A DNA stretch of 64,000 nucleotides from Bacteroidales bacterium (lineage in GTDB: Bacteria > Bacteroidota > Bacteroidia > Bacteroidales > WRLA01): positions 21,521-85,520 of the forward strand of contig JAIRTP010000078.1 in NCBI GenBank assembly GCA_031254805.1, read 5' to 3'. Numbering within the stretch: the stretch's first letter is position 1; each line of letters opens with the position of its first letter. Of this stretch, positions 16,184-27,455 are shown piece after piece. Both the position numbers and the translations under genes were made by a program. Below the pieces are notes generated by a model that did no database searches, was not told the origin of the DNA, and saw only the letters and a program-made list of their open reading frames with translations.

Positions 16184-17698
16184 TTATTGAACAATTATTT
16201 TCTTTACAGTCGATATCCCGTTTTTAGTAACGATTTGTACGAGATAAATCCCTTTTGCCTCCGCACTCATGTCAATTTGAGTTTTTTCGGTAAAGAAGCA
16301 TTCTTTGATCAAATGGCCTTGGATAGAGTATATTCTTACATTTGATTCGCATTGTGTATCAATGAAAAACGCCCCTATGGAAGGATTGGGATAAATATTA
16401 AATTCTACCGTTTCAGAATTGTCGATAGCGGTTCCATCATCTTTTGTTATCACAATATCGTCTATTTCCCAAATACAAGATTTGTCATTTGTTGAGAGAT
16501 ATTTAAATGCAATGCGGCATTTTGTTCCTGAATATTGAGAGAGCGAAATATTTCCGGAATGAGTCCAAGTATATTCTCCCGTACAAAGCGTAAAATCAAT
16601 CTTTGTCCAATTTGCAGCTTTTACGTCTCCGTTATAATCGTTTGTAAAATAAGCTTCCAAATCAGGTCCCTCATGACCTTTCGCATTATAAAAGCTTAGT
16701 ATCGATTTATTTCCGGCTTCTAATGTAAATTCGGGAGAAAGCAACCAATCTTCATTAGCGACAGGACTTTGATCGTATCCGCTCATACGAATACATGGAG
16801 AATCATCAATTCCGAATTTGTCTATTATTTCCCATTTTTGATTGCCTTCTACGCTTACTTCGCTCCATCCTCTCCACTCTTTATCATTCCAGTTTTGAAA
16901 GAAAGTAAAATCGCCTATTATTATATATCCGAGTTCTTCTTTTTCTGCGCTGGTCTCTTCATTCGAGACGACTAATTTTACATCGTAAGCGCCTGTTTTC
17001 ATAAAAGTGAAAGATGGATTTTGTTCGTTTGAGTCAAAATCTTGCGGGCCGGTTATCGACCAATTCCACTGAACGGGTTCGCCTGTTGACAAATCGGTAA
17101 AATTAATGATCGTTCCAATGGGCGCAATCGTTTGGTCTGCTTTGAAATTAGCTATTAATGAAGGGGCGCCGCCGTTGCTTGTAATTGTCACGTCGTCAAT
17201 TAAGATGTTGCTACCGGAACTATTACGTACAGAAAAAATAAACTCTGCAGAAGAGAGAGAATTTGCAGCTTCAATTTCTTGAGTAACCTGAATCCAATTG
17301 TCTGAAGCTTTGGCATAATCATTATAAAAATAGCCGCTTGCATCAGTGCGGTTGTCATACAATCCCGTCCTAATCTCGCCGCTTCCTTTTAAGTAGAAAG
17401 TTATGGTATAGATTTGTCCCGTTTCAACGGTTACCGGCTTCGTTGTAAAACGTTTGTGCGCCGATTCGGTATTGATCAATTGACACGCATACGATCCGGT
17501 ATGGCTGTCGTCCGATTGAACGACATTATTGGCTCCAATATTACTCTTTTCTCCCATCCACCCGGAGGGCGCGCCGTCGCTCCATTCTTCAAATCCGGGA
17601 TTTGAGACCATGTTTTGTGCATAACTTGTCGTCGAAAAGCAAACCATTATTAACAATGCTATTAGCGACGGCATGATTTTTTTAGTAGAAACTTTCAT
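16184..17698 (-). CDS. T9SS-secreted protein with jelly-roll/CBM-like and PKD domains
   Basis: Signal peptide. NPGFEEW CBM-like N-terminus. PKD repeat (..NFTDLSTGEPVQWNWSI..YDVKLVVSN). C-terminal sorting domain IYPNPS...GIYLVQIVT..KKIIVQ. Confidence 0.85.
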   Translation of the reverse strand: MKVSTKKIMPSLIALLIMVCFSTTSYAQNMVSNPGFEEWSDGAPSGWMGEKSNIGANNVVQSDDSHTGSYACQLINTESAHKRFTTKPVTVETGQIYTITFYLKGSGEIRTGLYDNRTDASGYFYNDYAKASDNWIQVTQEIEAANSLSSAEFIFSVRNSSGSNILIDDVTITSNGGAPSLIANFKADQTIAPIGTIINFTDLSTGEPVQWNWSITGPQDFDSNEQNPSFTFMKTGAYDVKLVVSNEETSAEKEELGYIIIGDFTFFQNWNDKEWRGWSEVSVEGNQKWEIIDKFGIDDSPCIRMSGYDQSPVANEDWLLSPEFTLEAGNKSILSFYNAKGHEGPDLEAYFTNDYNGDVKAANWTKIDFTLCTGEYTWTHSGNISLSQYSGTKCRIAFKYLSTNDKSCIWEIDDIVITKDDGTAIDNSETVEFNIYPNPSIGAFFIDTQCESNVRIYSIQGHLIKECFFTEKTQIDMSAEAKGIYLVQIVTKNGISTVKKIIVQ

Positions 17699-18001
17699 AA
17701 TTCATTCATTTTTTGTTTAACAACCTTTATTTAAAATCATTAGACTTTCATCTAATACAACGCGCAAAGATAAATATTGTTTGCGATAGATAAGGGCATT
17801 TTTAATATCTTTTATACATCTTATCAAAAATGTAAATTTTTAAAGCAAGTAAGTATGCGGAATAGAGGTCGAAAATAACCCGTAAAACTCGTGTTGGTAT
17901 ATAAGTCGAGATTTTAATGCATAAAATTATTGTGTTAATAACTTTCATGCTTTTTTTTATAAAAACACCTCTTTAGTCTTCTATAAAAGATATTAAAAAT
18001 A

Positions 18002-18009
18002 TACCTTTG
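18002..18009 (+). promoter_or_regulatory. -7 box TACCTTTG for parE
   Basis: The box ends 1 nt before the track start ATG 18011, so ATG 18029 (19 nt downstream) is the more plausible start. Confidence 0.45.
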
Positions 18010-18028
18010 CATGCTTGTTTTGAAGAAT

Positions 18029-19888
18029 ATGGAAAGAAACTTATCTGATTATCAAATAGCTTATACCGAAGACGATATCAAGACTTTGGAAGGTTTGGAG
18101 CATGTGCGTCATCGTCCGGGAATGTATATCGGTAAGCTTGGCGACGGCTCTCATGCCGACGACGGAATTTATGTATTGTTGAAAGAAGTGCTTGATAATA
18201 GTATCGACGAGTTTCGAATGGGATCGGGAAAAACTATTGAAGTCGTCATTGAAAACGGATACGTATCTGTTCGAGATTATGGTCGCGGCATTCCTTTCAA
18301 GAAAATGCTGGATTCGGTTTCAATCATGAACACGAGCGGAAAATTTGACGAATCAAAGGCGTTTAATAAATCTGTCGGATTGAACGGCGTCGGCTCTAAA
18401 GCCGTTAATGCACTTTCATCTTCTTTCGTCGTAAAAAGCATCCGCGATAATCAAGAATACAGCGCGAAATTTGAAGCCGGAAAGTTAATAGAAGAAAACG
18501 GCCCGTTGTCTTCGACGGAATCTTCGGGAACTTTGATCCGCTTTTTGCCTGATAATGCTATTTTTACCAACTACGTTTTTAGGGAAGAATATATTGAGAA
18601 TATGTTGCGTAATTACGCTTATCTCAATACCGGATTAACCATCGTTTATAACGGTAAAAAATTCTTTTCCAAGAACGGATTATCTGATCTTCTTAATGAA
18701 AAGCTCACTTCCGACAATCTTTATCCGATCGTTCATCTCAAAGGCGCCGACATTGAAATTGCCTTTACTCATGCCGATCAAAACGGCGAGGATTTTTATT
18801 CTTATGTAAATGGACAATATACCTCTCAAGGAGGGACGCATCAAAGCGCTTATCGAGAAGCTTTAGCTAGAACCATCAAGGAATTTTATAATAAGAATTT
18901 CGAAATATCGGACGTTCGCAACGGGATCATAGCGGCGATTGCCATCAGCGTTGAAAATCCGATCTTTGAATCTCAGACGAAAATAAAACTGGGTTCTAAA
19001 GACATGAGCGAAAACGGAGTCACCATAACCAAGTTTATCGGAGATTTTGTAAAAAAAGAAGTAGATAATTATCTTCATAAAAATCATGAAACGGCGGATA
19101 TTTTACAGAAAAAAATTAGCGAATCCGAGAAAGAACGCAAAGCCATATCCGATATTCAGAAAAAAACGCGCAATATTATAAAAAAAGCGAGTTTGCATAA
19201 TAGCAAATTGCGCGATTGCCGCGTGCATTACAATTCTCAGCATACTCTTGCCAACGAAACCATGATATTTATTACCGAGGGAGATTCTGCAAGCGGTTCT
19301 ATTACAAAATCACGAAATGTCAATATTCAAGCCGTTTTTAGCCTCAAAGGAAAACCGATCAACAGCTTTAAAGAGAGCAAGAGCAAGGTCTTTTCAAATG
19401 AAGAATTTAATCTCCTTTGCGCCGCTTTAAATGTGGAAGACGGCATAGAAAATCTTCGATATAATAAGGTGATCATCGCCACTGACGCCGACGACGACGG
19501 AATGCATATTCGCCTGTTGTTGGTGACCATGTTTTTACTTCATTTTCCCGATATTATCAGTCACGACCACTTATATATTCTACAAACGCCGCTTTTTAGA
19601 GTTAGGAATAAAAAAGAAACGATCTATTGCTATTCGGATGAAGAACGGAACGATGCTATTGAAAAACTAAAGCTTAATCCGGAAATTACTCGTTTTAAAG
19701 GACTTGGAGAGATTTCGCCCGATGAATTTAAGGATTTTATCAGCGTGGAGAATATGCGGCTCGATCCTGTTAAGATCAAAAAAGACGATTCCGTCAAAGA
19801 GATGATAAAATTTTATATGGGCGATAATACGCCTGCGCGACAAGATTTTATTATCCGGCATCTGCGTATTGAAGAGGATGTTGTGTAA
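18029..19888 (+). CDS. parE: DNA topoisomerase IV subunit B
   Basis: [20 protein letters not shown] ATPase motifs, Toprim EGDSA and DADDDGMHI. Length ~620 aa and the GKLGDG signature favour ParE over GyrB. Confidence 0.8.
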   Translation: MERNLSDYQIAYTEDDIKTLEGLEHVRHRPGMYIGKLGDGSHADDGIYVLLKEVLDNSIDEFRMGSGKTIEVVIENGYVSVRDYGRGIPFKKMLDSVSIMNTSGKFDESKAFNKSVGLNGVGSKAVNALSSSFVVKSIRDNQEYSAKFEAGKLIEENGPLSSTESSGTLIRFLPDNAIFTNYVFREEYIENMLRNYAYLNTGLTIVYNGKKFFSKNGLSDLLNEKLTSDNLYPIVHLKGADIEIAFTHADQNGEDFYSYVNGQYTSQGGTHQSAYREALARTIKEFYNKNFEISDVRNGIIAAIAISVENPIFESQTKIKLGSKDMSENGVTITKFIGDFVKKEVDNYLHKNHETADILQKKISESEKERKAISDIQKKTRNIIKKASLHNSKLRDCRVHYNSQHTLANETMIFITEGDSASGSITKSRNVNIQAVFSLKGKPINSFKESKSKVFSNEEFNLLCAALNVEDGIENLRYNKVIIATDADDDGMHIRLLLVTMFLLHFPDIISHDHLYILQTPLFRVRNKKETIYCYSDEERNDAIEKLKLNPEITRFKGLGEISPDEFKDFISVENMRLDPVKIKKDDSVKEMIKFYMGDNTPARQDFIIRHLRIEEDVV

Positions 19889-19922
19889 CGCTACTTTATG
19901 ACAATGATCAAAAAAAACAGCA

Positions 19923-20504
19923 ATGGAATTTCTGAAAAATATCGCCATTGATTCAATGTTGTTTCAATGGCTTGTTCTCCCGTTATTGATATGTTTGGCA
20001 AGAATTACCGATCAAACCATCGGAACGATTCGTCTGATCTTTGTATCCAAAGGATACCGTAATATTGCTCCGATATTGGCCTTTTTCGAATCTTTGGTTT
20101 GGCTCTTAGCCATTAGTCAAATTATGAATTTTGTAGATAATTGGATCACGTTTATTGCTTGGGCGATCGGATATTCCATTGGAAATTATGTAGGAATTGT
20201 TTTGGAAGAACGTCTTTCCATTGGCACAATGGTTGTCAGGGTATTTCCTACGCGCGATTTTTCGGAATATTTGCAATATTTGGATGAAAATAATCACGGT
20301 TACACGATTATGAATGCCGAAGGCCGCAAGGGAGCGTTAAGAATTATCTTTTCCATTATCGACAGAAAACATCTGCAAAATATTCTTGAAAATCTCGAAA
20401 AAACGCTTCCCGGATCATTTTATACCGTCGAGGAGGTCAGAAACGCTCAGAAAGGAATTTTCAAACCGACGCCCAAAAAAATGATATCTTCTTTAAGGAA
20501 ATAG
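19923..20504 (+). CDS. UPF0316/DUF2179-family membrane protein
   Basis: Three N-terminal TM helices (..ARITDQTIGTIRLIF..) plus a small soluble C-terminal domain. Confidence 0.7.
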   Translation: MEFLKNIAIDSMLFQWLVLPLLICLARITDQTIGTIRLIFVSKGYRNIAPILAFFESLVWLLAISQIMNFVDNWITFIAWAIGYSIGNYVGIVLEERLSIGTMVVRVFPTRDFSEYLQYLDENNHGYTIMNAEGRKGALRIIFSIIDRKHLQNILENLEKTLPGSFYTVEEVRNAQKGIFKPTPKKMISSLRK

Positions 20505-20981
20505 TTCATGGAACGCGTATACATGCGGCCAGATATGCGACTTGTTGTGAATTATGAGCGACGACTGATTTCAAAAGAAGGGTAGGGGAGAGATGAGAAA
20601 GCAAGAAAATTGCAAATGACAAGTATCGCATTCTTTAATCCGTCAATTATTCTTTGAATGGTATTGATGCCTTTTTTCTCGAATTTTAGATATAGGTAAA
20701 TCTCTTTTTTTAATCGAAAAAAAATGGAATTTTCTCCAAATTAGAATATCTTTTATTTCGGGTGAACAATTATGTTATTTGTTTGTTCAAATTTAATAAA
20801 TAAAAGGTCTTAAATATATTTAAAAAGTAATAATGTTAGTTGATACTTTTCTGATTTTGTTTAGCGAAAAGTAGCTCAATCTCAATCATTAAAAATAAAT
20901 AAAAAATACTAAATAGAAGTTAAAAATATATATTGTCTCTTATTTTATATAATATTTTATGCAGATAAACGAAAAAATATC

Positions 20982-20989
20982 TATTTTTG
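20982..20989 (+). promoter_or_regulatory. -7 box TATTTTTG for MerR-family gene
   Basis: TAnnTTTG, 74 nt upstream of ATG 21064 in a 560-bp AT-rich spacer. Confidence 0.35.
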
Positions 20990-21063
20990 CAAAAAATGGC
21001 TAAAGTCGGCAAATAATTAAGTCGCAAATTTGTTTAACTAATAGGAATAGAATCTTCAAAATA

Positions 21064-21972
21064 ATGAAAAAATATTCAATTAAAGATATAGAACGGATGA
21101 CAGGCATCAAAGCGCATACAATTCGTATGTGGGAAAAAAGATATGATACGGTCACTCCGAACAGAACCGATACAAATATCCGTTTTTATACGGACGCCGA
21201 CATGAAAAGGCTAATCAATATTGCCAGTTTAAACCAATTGGGTTATAAAATATCTTATTTGTCTAAATTAGACGACCAGGAATTAGCGCGATTGACGCTG
21301 TCGTTGATGGTAAAACCTTCGTTGACCGACGAAGGAGATATCAATAATATGATGCAAGCTATTTTGATATACGATAATGCATTGATGGAAAGGCAATTGA
21401 ATAATCAATTGTTGAAATACGGCATAGAAAAGAGTTTTAAAAATGTAATAGCTCCTTTTACGGAAAATTTATATTATCTCTATCGTTCGGGCGTTATTGC
21501 TTTTTCGCAATTCTATTTTGCCCGCTATGTGATTGCTCAAAAAATCATTGCCGCCACCGATCAACTTCCGCAACCCAATGGTAAAGAGAGTTGCGTATTG
21601 TTTACGTTGGATTACCGCGAAAAAGAGATGGAATTGATTTATTATAATTATTTGCTCAGAAAAAGAGACGTAAAAGTTTATTACTTTGGGCAACCTCTCA
21701 TGTTGGACGATTTAAAATATGTATGCCAAAATGTGAATCCCACATTGCTTATTGAGGCTCTTTTCGAAACGAGAGATCAAAGCATCATTCATTCTCACAT
21801 AAAAATTCTCAATGAAGCTTGTCCTGATCAGAATATTTGGATTCAGGCAAAAACTATATTGGACGATAAAAAATCCATTCCGTCAAATGTGACCTATTTT
21901 TCTAGCGTTCAAGATATCATAGAGAAAATATCTGCAGATTTTCCTCACAATGAAATGGGATTTCCATTATAG
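21064..21972 (+). CDS. MerR-family regulator with B12-binding-like (degenerate) C-terminal domain
   Basis: MerR HTH (YSIKDIERMTGIKAHTIRMWEKRY..IRFYTDADM). The C-terminal half has a Rossmann-like pattern CVLFTL..ELIYYNYLLRKRDVKVYYFGQP but no His at the DxHxxG position. Confidence 0.75.
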   Translation: MKKYSIKDIERMTGIKAHTIRMWEKRYDTVTPNRTDTNIRFYTDADMKRLINIASLNQLGYKISYLSKLDDQELARLTLSLMVKPSLTDEGDINNMMQAILIYDNALMERQLNNQLLKYGIEKSFKNVIAPFTENLYYLYRSGVIAFSQFYFARYVIAQKIIAATDQLPQPNGKESCVLFTLDYREKEMELIYYNYLLRKRDVKVYYFGQPLMLDDLKYVCQNVNPTLLIEALFETRDQSIIHSHIKILNEACPDQNIWIQAKTILDDKKSIPSNVTYFSSVQDIIEKISADFPHNEMGFPL

Positions 21973-23273
21973 AAATCAAGTATTTTACAACGGAACAGAT
22001 ATTCATATTTAGCCTGTAATAATTCGGACTGTGATTTGATAAGGCGCGTTTTGGCATCGTTAAAATCAAAATTGGTACCGCGTCCGGCGGCATAACGTTC
22101 TTCCGCATAGTGGAACGATTCCTCGGAAGCGGCGACGCTGTTTTGCGAAGCTTTATATTTATGTTGCGCCGCTATGGCGTTATAATAAGCTTGTTGTATC
22201 TCTCTTAATAAGATTTTCTTCGCATTTTCTAATTCCAATTCATATTGATTGATGTTCAAGCGAGATATTTTAACGCGATTTACCACTTCCAAACGGTTAA
22301 ATATTGGTATATTCAGGCTCAATCCGACATATTCGCGTTGGTTGACGTTCATTTGACTCCAAAAAGGATCTTGCGGCAGATCGGTTGTATAAGCGTTGTA
22401 ATATCCGCTGTTATAACCGGCTTGTAAAGAAAGCGAGGGATAGTAATAAGATTGATTAATCTTGAGCGCATGTTTGCTGCTGTTCAGACGATGTTCGGAC
22501 GCTTTTATTTCCGGACGAAATGTCAATGCATGCGCAAAAGTTGAATCTGTATTTAACAACGTCGTATAATGTAATAATGTCGCGTCTCCTATTTCCGGAT
22601 GGACTATATCAAAATTAACGATATTGTCCAACTCTAATAACTGCGCCAAATCCAGTAACGATAATTTTAAAGTATTTTCGCATTGAACAGCGCTCAATTC
22701 ATCTTGCGCCAATAATGCTTTGGCGTCGTATAATTCAGATTGAGCGACTTTTCCGGCATCGACCAATTTTTCTGCCCGCTCCACTTGCTCTTTAGAAAAT
22801 TCTACTTGCGATAAAGCGACGCTCAACAATTCCTTATTAAAAAGAACGGAAAGATAAGCGGAGGTAATGTTGAGTTCCAAATCGGCTTTTGCTTTGGCAA
22901 GATCTTCCATAGCGGCGTTCAGATTGAATTTATTCGCTTCGATTTGATGATAAATACGTAATCCGGAAAATAACGGCATCGATGTGGAAACGCTAAAACT
23001 TGTCGACATGGAACTGTTATCGGTCAATACGCCTTCGCGGTCGGTAGAACGTCCGAAGTCGAAACTTTGTCCTACGCCGGCATTCAAATTTGGCAACATG
23101 CTGAACTTGGCAATCTTCAGGTTGCGCTCTTCACTTTGTTGTGCGAGCATTCGTTGTTGAACGTTTATATTATGTTCTAAAGCGTAATCAATACATTGTT
23201 GTAAGTTCCATTTCTGCGCATTTACCATTGAAAATGTCAATGCAAATAATGTAAAAACAAATATTTTTTTCAT
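21945..23273 (-). CDS. tolC: TolC-family outer-membrane efflux protein
   Basis: Start moved to ATG 23273 (the track start is TTG). Signal peptide ..FSMVNAQ. Duplicated OEP coiled-coil/barrel repeats. Confidence 0.85.
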   Translation of the reverse strand: MKKIFVFTLFALTFSMVNAQKWNLQQCIDYALEHNINVQQRMLAQQSEERNLKIAKFSMLPNLNAGVGQSFDFGRSTDREGVLTDNSSMSTSFSVSTSMPLFSGLRIYHQIEANKFNLNAAMEDLAKAKADLELNITSAYLSVLFNKELLSVALSQVEFSKEQVERAEKLVDAGKVAQSELYDAKALLAQDELSAVQCENTLKLSLLDLAQLLELDNIVNFDIVHPEIGDATLLHYTTLLNTDSTFAHALTFRPEIKASEHRLNSSKHALKINQSYYYPSLSLQAGYNSGYYNAYTTDLPQDPFWSQMNVNQREYVGLSLNIPIFNRLEVVNRVKISRLNINQYELELENAKKILLREIQQAYYNAIAAQHKYKASQNSVAASEESFHYAEERYAAGRGTNFDFNDAKTRLIKSQSELLQAKYEYLFRCKILDFYNGNPISL

Positions 23274-23452
23274 GTTTATCAAAATTCAAAAATTAAAATT
23301 TATAGAGCGAAAGCCGAAGTTATATAATTCGCTATTTTTTATATTTCTGTTCAATTTCTGTACGAGAGTAATATGGTTTTGAAAATAAAATCATTATATA
23401 TCGCGTATTTACTGTCATTTGTTCGTTTTCGAACAGTTATTGTCCGATTTTA

Positions 23453-24547
23453 TTACAATATTTTTTTGCTTCCGCGTAGCTTATCGCCAATTTTGACGCC
23501 TTCTTTGATCTCGATATTAATACCGTCGGAAAGCCCTAACGTTACTTTTTCTTTTTCAAATTTTTGAGGCGTTTCGGATATCAGGCGATAAACGTAAGAA
23601 GTATCGGCCTGAAATTCAATAGCGCTTTCCGAAGCCATCGTTACATTTTCACTTTTTTGCAACGTAATTTGAGCATTAGCGCTGTATCCTGCCCGTATAA
23701 ATACGGAATCGGGCACATTTACCGCCGCTCTGATCTCAAATAGATTGGCTCCGTTTGTTTCTACGCCCTTCGGAGAAATATATTCCAAAACAGCATCGAA
23801 AAGATATCCTTGCAATGCTCCGATAGTCAATGAAATAGGCATTCTGACGTTAATTCTCCCAATTTCTGTTTCGTCCACGTTGCCTTTAAAAATAATATCG
23901 TTCATATTGGCGATAGAGGCAATAGTAGTGCCGTCGTTGAAAGTATTAGCTTGAATAACCGAATTTCCAACCTTTATTGGCACGTCCAACACCATTCCTG
24001 TGATGGTAGCGCGAACTTGTGTATTACTATATTGCGCAAATTTTTTGGATATGCCATCTTTAATAATATCAAGCCTGTCTTGTGCATTGTCAGCCTCTTC
24101 CTTGCTCCTTTTCAATTGCGTTTCGGCATTTTCGAAATCTTCTTTGGAAATGACGCCGGATTGATGCAGTTTATTTTGACGATCAAACTCTATCTGTGCT
24201 TTTTCGAGATTGATAATGGACAGATTGAGAGACGATTCGGCTGAACTTAAATTGCTCATTTCCGGAACGACTTTCACAACGGCGATGATATCGCCTGCTT
24301 TTACATTGTCGCCCGCTTCTACCAACACTTCCGAAATAATTCCGGAAACTTGCGGTTTTATCAAGATTTCGTCGCGCGGTTCGACTTTTCCCGGTGCGAT
24401 CGTACTTTTTTCGATATCGCCCGACGTTACTTCAATAATGTCGTAAATAATCTCTTTTGTCTTGGATTTTTGCCATAAAAAAGCTAATGTGCCAAAAAAT
24501 ATCGCAATAATTACGACGACCAATAGAATTTTAAAAAACTTTTTCAT
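23453..24547 (-). CDS. efflux periplasmic adaptor (HlyD/MacA-like)
   Basis: N-terminal TM anchor, lipoyl-like hairpin (GDIIAVVK..), coiled coil, beta-barrel domains. Confidence 0.85.
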   Translation of the reverse strand: MKKFFKILLVVVIIAIFFGTLAFLWQKSKTKEIIYDIIEVTSGDIEKSTIAPGKVEPRDEILIKPQVSGIISEVLVEAGDNVKAGDIIAVVKVVPEMSNLSSAESSLNLSIINLEKAQIEFDRQNKLHQSGVISKEDFENAETQLKRSKEEADNAQDRLDIIKDGISKKFAQYSNTQVRATITGMVLDVPIKVGNSVIQANTFNDGTTIASIANMNDIIFKGNVDETEIGRINVRMPISLTIGALQGYLFDAVLEYISPKGVETNGANLFEIRAAVNVPDSVFIRAGYSANAQITLQKSENVTMASESAIEFQADTSYVYRLISETPQKFEKEKVTLGLSDGINIEIKEGVKIGDKLRGSKKIL

Positions 24548-24663
24548 AAGATATTTCGATTCAATATTTAATATTCAAAAATTAACTGACGGCTATATTT
24601 GAAAATCTCAAAGATTCTTTTTATGCTCAAGTTTCAATTGCAAACGCCTCCTTTTTTATTTGC

Positions 24664-25917
24664 TTATTCCTCTCTTATCGCATCAATAGCTTTGATTTTT
24701 AGCGCTCTTCCGGCCGGGATCAATCCTGCTAAAAGTCCGAAAATCGACAAAATGGCAAGCGCGATGATCGATAGTCCAAAACTGATCTGCGCATTTGAGA
24801 AAAAAGCTTCATCGCTGTTGCTTAGCAACATTTCAAGGAACGACAAAAAACCGACGCCGCACACTAACCCAAAAAATCCGGCTATAATAGTTAATATCAA
24901 ACTTTCGCTCATAATCTGCGATACAATGGCGATAGGTTTAGCTCCTAAAGCGCGCCGAATGCCAATCTCTTTGGTGCGTTCACGAACGGTAACCATCATG
25001 ATATTACTTACGCCAATTGCGCCCGCCAATAATGTTCCCAATCCTACAATCCAGATCAACGCTCTGATTCCTAAAAATAAATTGTTGAATATAGAAAATT
25101 GTTTCTCTATGTTCATTCCTCCGATAGCCTTATGATCGTTGGGAGCGATATCGTGCCTTTTCTTGAGAATATTTTTGATCATCTCTTCGATAGTTCCGAT
25201 TTTCACCTTATCGGACGCTGTTACGGCAAGAAAAAAATGGATATCGTCTCCCATATTATAAGCTTGTTCCATCGTCGAGTAGGGGAGAATGACGCTATCG
25301 TCTGTTCGTCCGCCCATTTGAATGTCGCTTGCTGATTGAATAACGCCGATTACCGTGTAATAAATACCGTTTACTTGCACTAATTCGCCAATAGGGGAGA
25401 CTTCCGCATCAAAGAGTTCTTCATAAACCCTCTTTCCGATGGTGCAAACTTTTCTTTTTTCATTCATGTCGATCTCGTTAATATTTCTTCCCTGCAAAAT
25501 TCTCGGCTGATCAATTTGATTATATTCAGGCATAATGCCTTTGATATTAAACGCCCCCGAACGTTCTCCTCTGATCACATTATTATCTCTTCTGCCGCCG
25601 AATCGCACAGGAGAAATGTATTTGATCTCCGGAATGGAAGTTTTCAAAACTTTGACGTCTTCGATTTTTATATTCCAGTTTCTCCCTTTTTGAAAACCTT
25701 TGTATGGCATGGAGGTTTGTTCCGGCCAAAAGAAAGCTGTGTTTCCGGCGAAACTTTTCACTCCCGACATAATCCCGTTTTCCAATCCGTTTCCCGATCC
25801 CGACATAACGATTAGCATAAATATTCCCCAAAATACGCCGAATGCAGTCAATATACTGCGCATTTTATTCCGCGTAATGGTAATCCAGATTTCCTGCCAA
25901 CGATCGATGTCAAACAT
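24664..25917 (-). CDS. MacB/FtsX-type ABC transporter permease
   Basis: TM1, ~230-aa periplasmic MacB_PCD-like domain, and C-terminal FtsX 3-TM bundle (RTKEIGIRRALGA). No ATPase domain. Confidence 0.85.
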   Translation of the reverse strand: MFDIDRWQEIWITITRNKMRSILTAFGVFWGIFMLIVMSGSGNGLENGIMSGVKSFAGNTAFFWPEQTSMPYKGFQKGRNWNIKIEDVKVLKTSIPEIKYISPVRFGGRRDNNVIRGERSGAFNIKGIMPEYNQIDQPRILQGRNINEIDMNEKRKVCTIGKRVYEELFDAEVSPIGELVQVNGIYYTVIGVIQSASDIQMGGRTDDSVILPYSTMEQAYNMGDDIHFFLAVTASDKVKIGTIEEMIKNILKKRHDIAPNDHKAIGGMNIEKQFSIFNNLFLGIRALIWIVGLGTLLAGAIGVSNIMMVTVRERTKEIGIRRALGAKPIAIVSQIMSESLILTIIAGFFGLVCGVGFLSFLEMLLSNSDEAFFSNAQISFGLSIIALAILSIFGLLAGLIPAGRALKIKAIDAIREE

Positions 25918-26064
25918 GATTTAATTTAGTTATGAGCGATAAATGATAAAATTATTTTTTGAGCGGCAATAATGGCGTCGCAAATCATTTTAATATTTTC
26001 ATTTTTTATATCAACCGACAAAATATCCATTATTTATAATGATTGCTCTTCTGATTTCTATATG

Positions 26065-27315
26065 CTATTCGTATCTCAACGCTTCTATCGGTTTTATTTT
26101 TACCGCTTTTCTGGCAGGGAAATAACCTGCCAAAACGCCCGAAACGATCATTACTAAAGTAGCCGAAATAGCGATTTCCATATCTACGGTCGGATTGGTA
26201 AAAATCACAAATCCTCCCTCTCCCGTAGCGGCTTGCGCCATAAGAAAATTGACGATCTCCGTGATTAAAACGCCTCCGAACAATCCAATATATCCGAAAA
26301 CGATCGTGATAAGCGCCGCTTCCAAAATGATCAATCGCAGGATCGAAAACGGCGATGCGCCGATAGCTTTGCGTATTCCTAACTCTTTGGTACGTTCTTT
26401 TACGGTAATTAACATGATGTTACTAACGCCTGCAATGCCTGCGATCAACGTCCCAAAACCGATGATCCAGATAAATATTTTAAGTCCGCCAAATATTTTA
26501 AGTGTTTGAACGTAACTTTCCATGCGGTTCCAAATGCCAAGAGCCCGCTGATCTTTCGGATCAAAAGAATGAACGCGAGAAAATTTATCCCGCAACAGTT
26601 GGTTGTACTCTTCATTTGCTTGAATCGTGTTCAATCCCTCGACGGTAAAAAGAAATTCGTCGTAATTGACTATATTATATATCTTTTGAGTGGTAGTTAC
26701 AGGAACGTACGCCATCGGATTGCTCCATTCATTTATCTTTTTATAAATACCAATGACTTGGAAAGGAATATTGTTAATAACTACATATTTACCAATAGGA
26801 TTTTCATTTTTAAAAAGCACCTCGACCATTGCTTGTTCCAAAAGAACAACTTTTCGTTCTTGAATGATATCCAACTCGTTAAGCAGTCGTCCTTGTCCTT
26901 TGTATATTTTTATCGATTCCATTTTCAAGTAATCGGGATGAATTCCCGACATGAAATAATTTACATGGTCGCCGTCATAAGAGAGCGTTGCCCATTCATA
27001 AACGTATGGCGAGAGCATTGTCACTTCGCCTACTTGCGTTTTGAGAATATTTTTGTCCTTATCGTCAAATTTTATTCTTCTCCCTTTTTGAAATCCTTCA
27101 GTAGCGATCGTTGTTCGTCCCGGCCAGATATTGATAATATTTTTTGATTCGGAACTAAAATTTTGCATGACGCCGTTTTCCAGACCGTTGCCGGCTCCCA
27201 ACAAAATCATCAGCATGAAAATTCCCCATGCAATGGAAAATCCCGTAAGAAAAGTACGCAATTTATTCTTACGAATAGTACTGAAGATTTCTTGCCAGAG
27301 ATTAAGGTCAAACAT
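26065..27315 (-). CDS. MacB/FtsX-type ABC transporter permease (paralogue)
   Basis: Same architecture as 24664..25917 (MFDLNLWQEI.., RTKELGIRKAIGA). Confidence 0.85.
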   Translation of the reverse strand: MFDLNLWQEIFSTIRKNKLRTFLTGFSIAWGIFMLMILLGAGNGLENGVMQNFSSESKNIINIWPGRTTIATEGFQKGRRIKFDDKDKNILKTQVGEVTMLSPYVYEWATLSYDGDHVNYFMSGIHPDYLKMESIKIYKGQGRLLNELDIIQERKVVLLEQAMVEVLFKNENPIGKYVVINNIPFQVIGIYKKINEWSNPMAYVPVTTTQKIYNIVNYDEFLFTVEGLNTIQANEEYNQLLRDKFSRVHSFDPKDQRALGIWNRMESYVQTLKIFGGLKIFIWIIGFGTLIAGIAGVSNIMLITVKERTKELGIRKAIGASPFSILRLIILEAALITIVFGYIGLFGGVLITEIVNFLMAQAATGEGGFVIFTNPTVDMEIAISATLVMIVSGVLAGYFPARKAVKIKPIEALRYE

Positions 27316-27455
27316 GATTTTAGTCCAAAATTAAAATTTTAAAAAAGTATTTTAGATTTTTTAAATAATATTCATAAGACGGTATTTTTGAAGATTGGTT
27401 ACATATTTTATTGATTTATTTTTTTGCTTTTGCGTGTGTTTGTTTAAATAGTATC

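Noticed and set aside
20222-20237. Sigma-54 promoter near-misses: TGGCACAATGGTTGT (20222-20236, inside a CDS) and TGGCTAAAGTCGGCA (20997-21011).
   Set aside because: The first has TTGT instead of TTGC and is intragenic. The second has the GC element one nucleotide too close. The -24/-12 spacing is strict.
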